Source of the DNA: Macrostomum lignano
Lineage: Eukaryota
Length of the DNA stretch: 64,000 bases
Reading direction: 5' to 3'
Assembly (NCBI GenBank): GCA_002269645.1
Contig: NIVC01001353.1
Coordinates: 1-64,000 of the forward strand
Below the pieces are notes generated by a model. The model was not told where the DNA came from, searched no databases, and saw only the letters and a program-made list of their open reading frames with translations. Positions 60,544 through 64,000 of the stretch are shown in pieces. Within the stretch, counting starts at the first letter, position 1, and the number at the start of each line of letters is the position of its first letter. Both the position numbers and the translations under genes were made by a program.

Positions 60544-62977
60544 TCCTATATACTAAAAATGGTCTGTCTGTGTCTATGTGATCGATTAGAGAAAAAATGG
60601 CTGGACCGATTTTGTTCGAACTTGCACTGTTCGATCAGAAATTTTCCCGTGACTGTACATGCATCGTGGCTAAGAAATTTCTCGATGCTAAAGGCATTAA
60701 ATATTCGAAAAACATGCTTTTTTGCAAAGGTCAAGCAAACTTTTCGACTTGAAATGCATTGTAAGAATGCTAGAGAAAAAACTGACTGGTTGAATTCTGA
60801 TTCTGAAATAGATTGCATCATAACTGAATTGTAACTCCGACTTGAATTGAAAATGCAGTGTGGAAGCGTAGCACCAGACTTGATTTAAATTGCGTAACCA
60901 TATTGTTAACTGATACTGACTGACTGAGAAACTGATTATGTCATAACTGCTTCGTGTGATTTACTCTATGCTTGGATTTTAAAGTGTTGAATTATATAAG
61001 TGCAAAATTTGATGTTATCAAAACGATGAGAGCTAGCCTAGAGGTGAACAAACTGAACTGCTAAATGCAGCGACGATGGTTCGAATTTTCATAGAGTACA
61101 ATTTTTTTAATTAAAACTTTTCAACGTCAGGAAAACTACAAGACTTTTTAAAAAGAAGCATCATGTAAAATATCAGAAAAAAGCGTCATATAAAAAATCA
61201 TAGATGCGTCATTTACAAAATCATAGAAGCGTCATGTAAAAAATCATAGAAGCGTCATGTAAACAATCATAGAAGCGTCATGTAAAAAATCATAGAAGCG
61301 TCATGTAAACAATCATAGAAGCGTCATGTAAAAAATCATAGAAGCGCCATGTAAACAATCATAGAAGCGTCATGTAAACAATCATAGAAGCGTCATGTAA
61401 AAAATCATAGAAGCGTCATGTAAACAATCATAGAAGCGTCATGTAAACAATCATAGAAGCGTCATGTAAACAATAATAGAAGCGTCATGAAAAAATCATA
61501 GAAGCGTCATGTAAAAAATCATAGAAGCGTCATGTAAAAAATCATAGAAGCGTCATGTAAACAATCATAGAAGCGTCATGTAAAAAATCATAGAAGCGCC
61601 ATGTAAACAATCATAGAAGCGTCATGTAAACAATCATAGAAGCGTCATGTAAAAAATCATAGAAGCGCCATGTAAACAATCATAGAAGCGTCATGTAAAA
61701 ATCATAGAAGCGTCATGTAAAAATCATAGAAGCGTCATGTAAACAATCATAGAAGCGTCATATAAAAATCATAGAAGCCTCATTTAAAAACTAATGAAAG
61801 TGTCATTTAAAAATTAAGAAGCATCATGGTACAATAAAAGAAGCATCATGTCAGACATGAAGGGTGTCATGTAAAAATTAAATGCAGCTATAATGCTGTG
61901 CTGGGGAGAAAAACTGAGACGTAAAGGCTCTCAGAGAATAACTGAGATTACGGGGGGGGGTTGTTTCTGAGATGTCAAAGCAAAAGTCAGAAGCTACTTC
62001 AAAGTTCATGTACTTTACTCAATTTTTTATTGCATTCTTTGTTGGCTCGCCACGGGGGGGCGCTGATAGAAGAAGAGTCATGTAAAAAATAAAAGTAGCA
62101 CTATGTATACATAAAAGAAAAGTCATGTCGAAGTTAAAAGATTCATTTGGGAATTGCTACGATGTCAAAGCTTGGTGGAAATCGTTATAGTGCTGTGATT
62201 CTTAAAGAAGGAATCACTAAAATGTCAAGGCTTAGGGGAGAAGAATTGCTGAGATTTCAAGGCTTTAGGTTGGGTTAAAGTTAGGTTTAGGTCAGGTGTG
62301 GGTTGAGGGTTATATTTTAGCGGGTTTCAAGGTTAACAGAATAACAGGGGATTTTTTAGATTAGAAGGTTTATGGGGGCCATCGCTGACATGTTAAGGCT
62401 TACGGGGGGAATAGCTGAGATGGCAAGGTTCACGGGGGTATAGATGAGATTTCAAGGCTAAAGTCAGAAGCTACATGTAGTTTATTGAAAACTTTTTATT
62501 ACATTATTTGATGCCTCCTCTGGGGAGGGATCGCTGATAGAAAAAGCGTAATGTAAAAAATAAAAGAAGCTTCATGTCGAAGTTAAAAGACTCATTTGGG
62601 AATCCCTACGATGTCGAGGCTTGCAGGGAATCGCTATAATGCTGTAGTAGTGCTATAATGACTCTTAGAGAGAATTACTGAAATTTCAATGCTTTAGGGT
62701 TAGGTTAGGGTTAGGGTTAGGGTTAGGGTTAGGCTTAGGCTAGGGTTAGGGTTAGAAGGTTGACAGATATTTTTAGATTTCCAAGGCTTATTGGGGGCAT
62801 TGCTGAGATGTCAAGGGGGAAGTTGATATGTTAAAGCTTGTGGGGGGGAATTACTGACATGTCGAGGCTTACAAGGTTTGACAGGAGATTTTTTAAGATT
62901 TCAAGGATACATGTAGCTTATTAAAAAAACGTGTATTGCATTTCTTTGGCTCCCCAACGGGGGGCGTAGATTGCTAG
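60544..62977 (+). mobile_element. Non-autonomous Helitron-like unit A2 (same subfamily as A1, shorter satellite)
   Basis: Head and tail are near-identical to A1. CTAG|TC junctions occur at both ends. The satellite spans ~61155-61790 and the TTAGGG tract 62694-62755. Confidence 0.8.
61034..61087 (+). promoter_or_regulatory. tRNA-like Pol III internal promoter (A box TAGCCTAGAGG, B box GGTTCGAAT) in the Helitron head. Homologous copies near 53370, 57385 and 63538
   Basis: A/B box spacing is tRNA-like, a central CTGCTAA recalls a Ser(GCT) anticodon loop, and T-runs follow. It does not fold into a full cloverleaf. Confidence 0.45.
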
Positions 62978-64000
62978 TCCTATATACTAAAAATGGTCTG
63001 TCGGTATGTGCGTGTGTGTATGTGTGTGTGTGTGATCGATTTTAGCAAAAACGGCTCAACCGATTTTCTTCGAACTTGCACTGTTCGATCAGAAATTTTC
63101 CCGTGACAGTACATGCATCGTGGCTAAGAAATTGCTTGATGCTAAAGGGATTAAATATTCGAAAAACATGCTTTTTTGCAAAGGTCAAGCAGCTCTTTCG
63201 ACTTGAAATGCATTGTAAGAATGCTAGCAGAAAAACTGACTGGTTGAATTCTGATTCTGAAATAGATTGCATCACAATACACTTTATTTATCGTCTGTGT
63301 ACTGGCTGAATTTGACACTCAATTGAATTGCGTCACAGCTTTGAGTGTGAAAGCATAGCGCAGTACTGAATTTATATTACGTAACCATATTGTAAACTTT
63401 CATAGACACTGGTACTGACTTGCCTAAGAAATTGATTATGTCATAACTGCTTCGTGAGACTTTTTACTCTACCTGACTTGGTGTGAGTGTTGAATTATAT
63501 AAGTGGTACAACATCACTGATAACTTCGATGAGAGCTAGCCTAGAGCTGAACAGACCAGACTGCTAATGCAGCGACCTAGGTTCGAATCTAAGTAGTTTA
63601 AAAGTAGTAGTGTAAATTTTTTTATTAAAAGGTTTTATTAAAGGACTAAATAAAAACACTTAGATTACTGCACTCGATAAGCCAAGGATTATTGCTATTA
63701 ATAAACCAAGGACTACTGCACTCGATAAACCAAGGACTATTGCTCTTGGCAAACCAAGGATTACTGCACTCAAGAAGCCAAGGATTATTGCTATTAATAA
63801 ACCAACGATTACTGCACTTGGAAAACCAAGGATTACTGCACTCGATAAACCAAGGACTATTGCTCTTGGCAAACCAAGGATTACTGCACTCAAGAAGCCA
63901 AGGATTATTGCACTTGGAAAACCAAGGATTACTGCACTCGATAAACCAAGGACTATTGCTCTTGGCAAACCAAGGATTACTGCACTCAAGAAGCCAAGGA
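62978..64000 (+). mobile_element. Non-autonomous Helitron-like unit C (3'-truncated by the window), with 24-nt satellite (ttactgcactcgataaaccaagga) from ~63660
   Basis: It starts at a CTAG|TC junction with the shared 5' terminus and a diverged head, including a (GT)n tract. Confidence 0.75.

Noticed and set aside
59913-60581. (GDACYL)n, (GGCLLS)n and (DSKHPP)n ORFs
   Set aside because: They are translations of the 18-nt repeat inside Helitron unit B.
63531-63600. Functional tRNA-Ser gene
   Set aside because: Acceptor and anticodon stems do not pair. Retained only as a degenerate Pol III promoter-like motif.

Overview
Eukaryotic (animal) genomic DNA with GC-rich exons and introns almost all filled by their own private minisatellite. 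This architecture resembles the flatworm Macrostomum lignano (inference). Nine spliced protein-coding genes were reconstructed by hand from GT..AG boundaries and recalled homology: FBXO38-like (+, 5'-partial), DHRS11-like SDR (+), a 12-exon AMPA-type ionotropic glutamate receptor (-), LZTFL1/BBS17 (-), ENTR1/SDCCAG3 (-), CIBAR/FAM92 (+), PHKG (-), MOSMO (+), and an uncharacterised coiled-coil protein ending in a CHORD/Btk-like Cys/His motif (+). Four of five consecutive genes between 26 and 47 kb are cilium or Smoothened-trafficking genes, and ENTR1-LZTFL1 look like a possible dicistronic pair. The last 11 kb is a head-to-tail array of non-autonomous Helitron-like units (5'-TC ... hairpin-CTAG-3', with three CTAG|TC junctions). 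Each unit has a tRNA-like Pol III A/B box and its own internal satellite, and two units carry (TTAGGG)n tracts. Three genes show single-base frameshifts that are most simply long-read consensus errors. Most long ORFs in the supplied track are artefacts of tandem repeats. All homology calls come from memory of the protein families, not from database searches.
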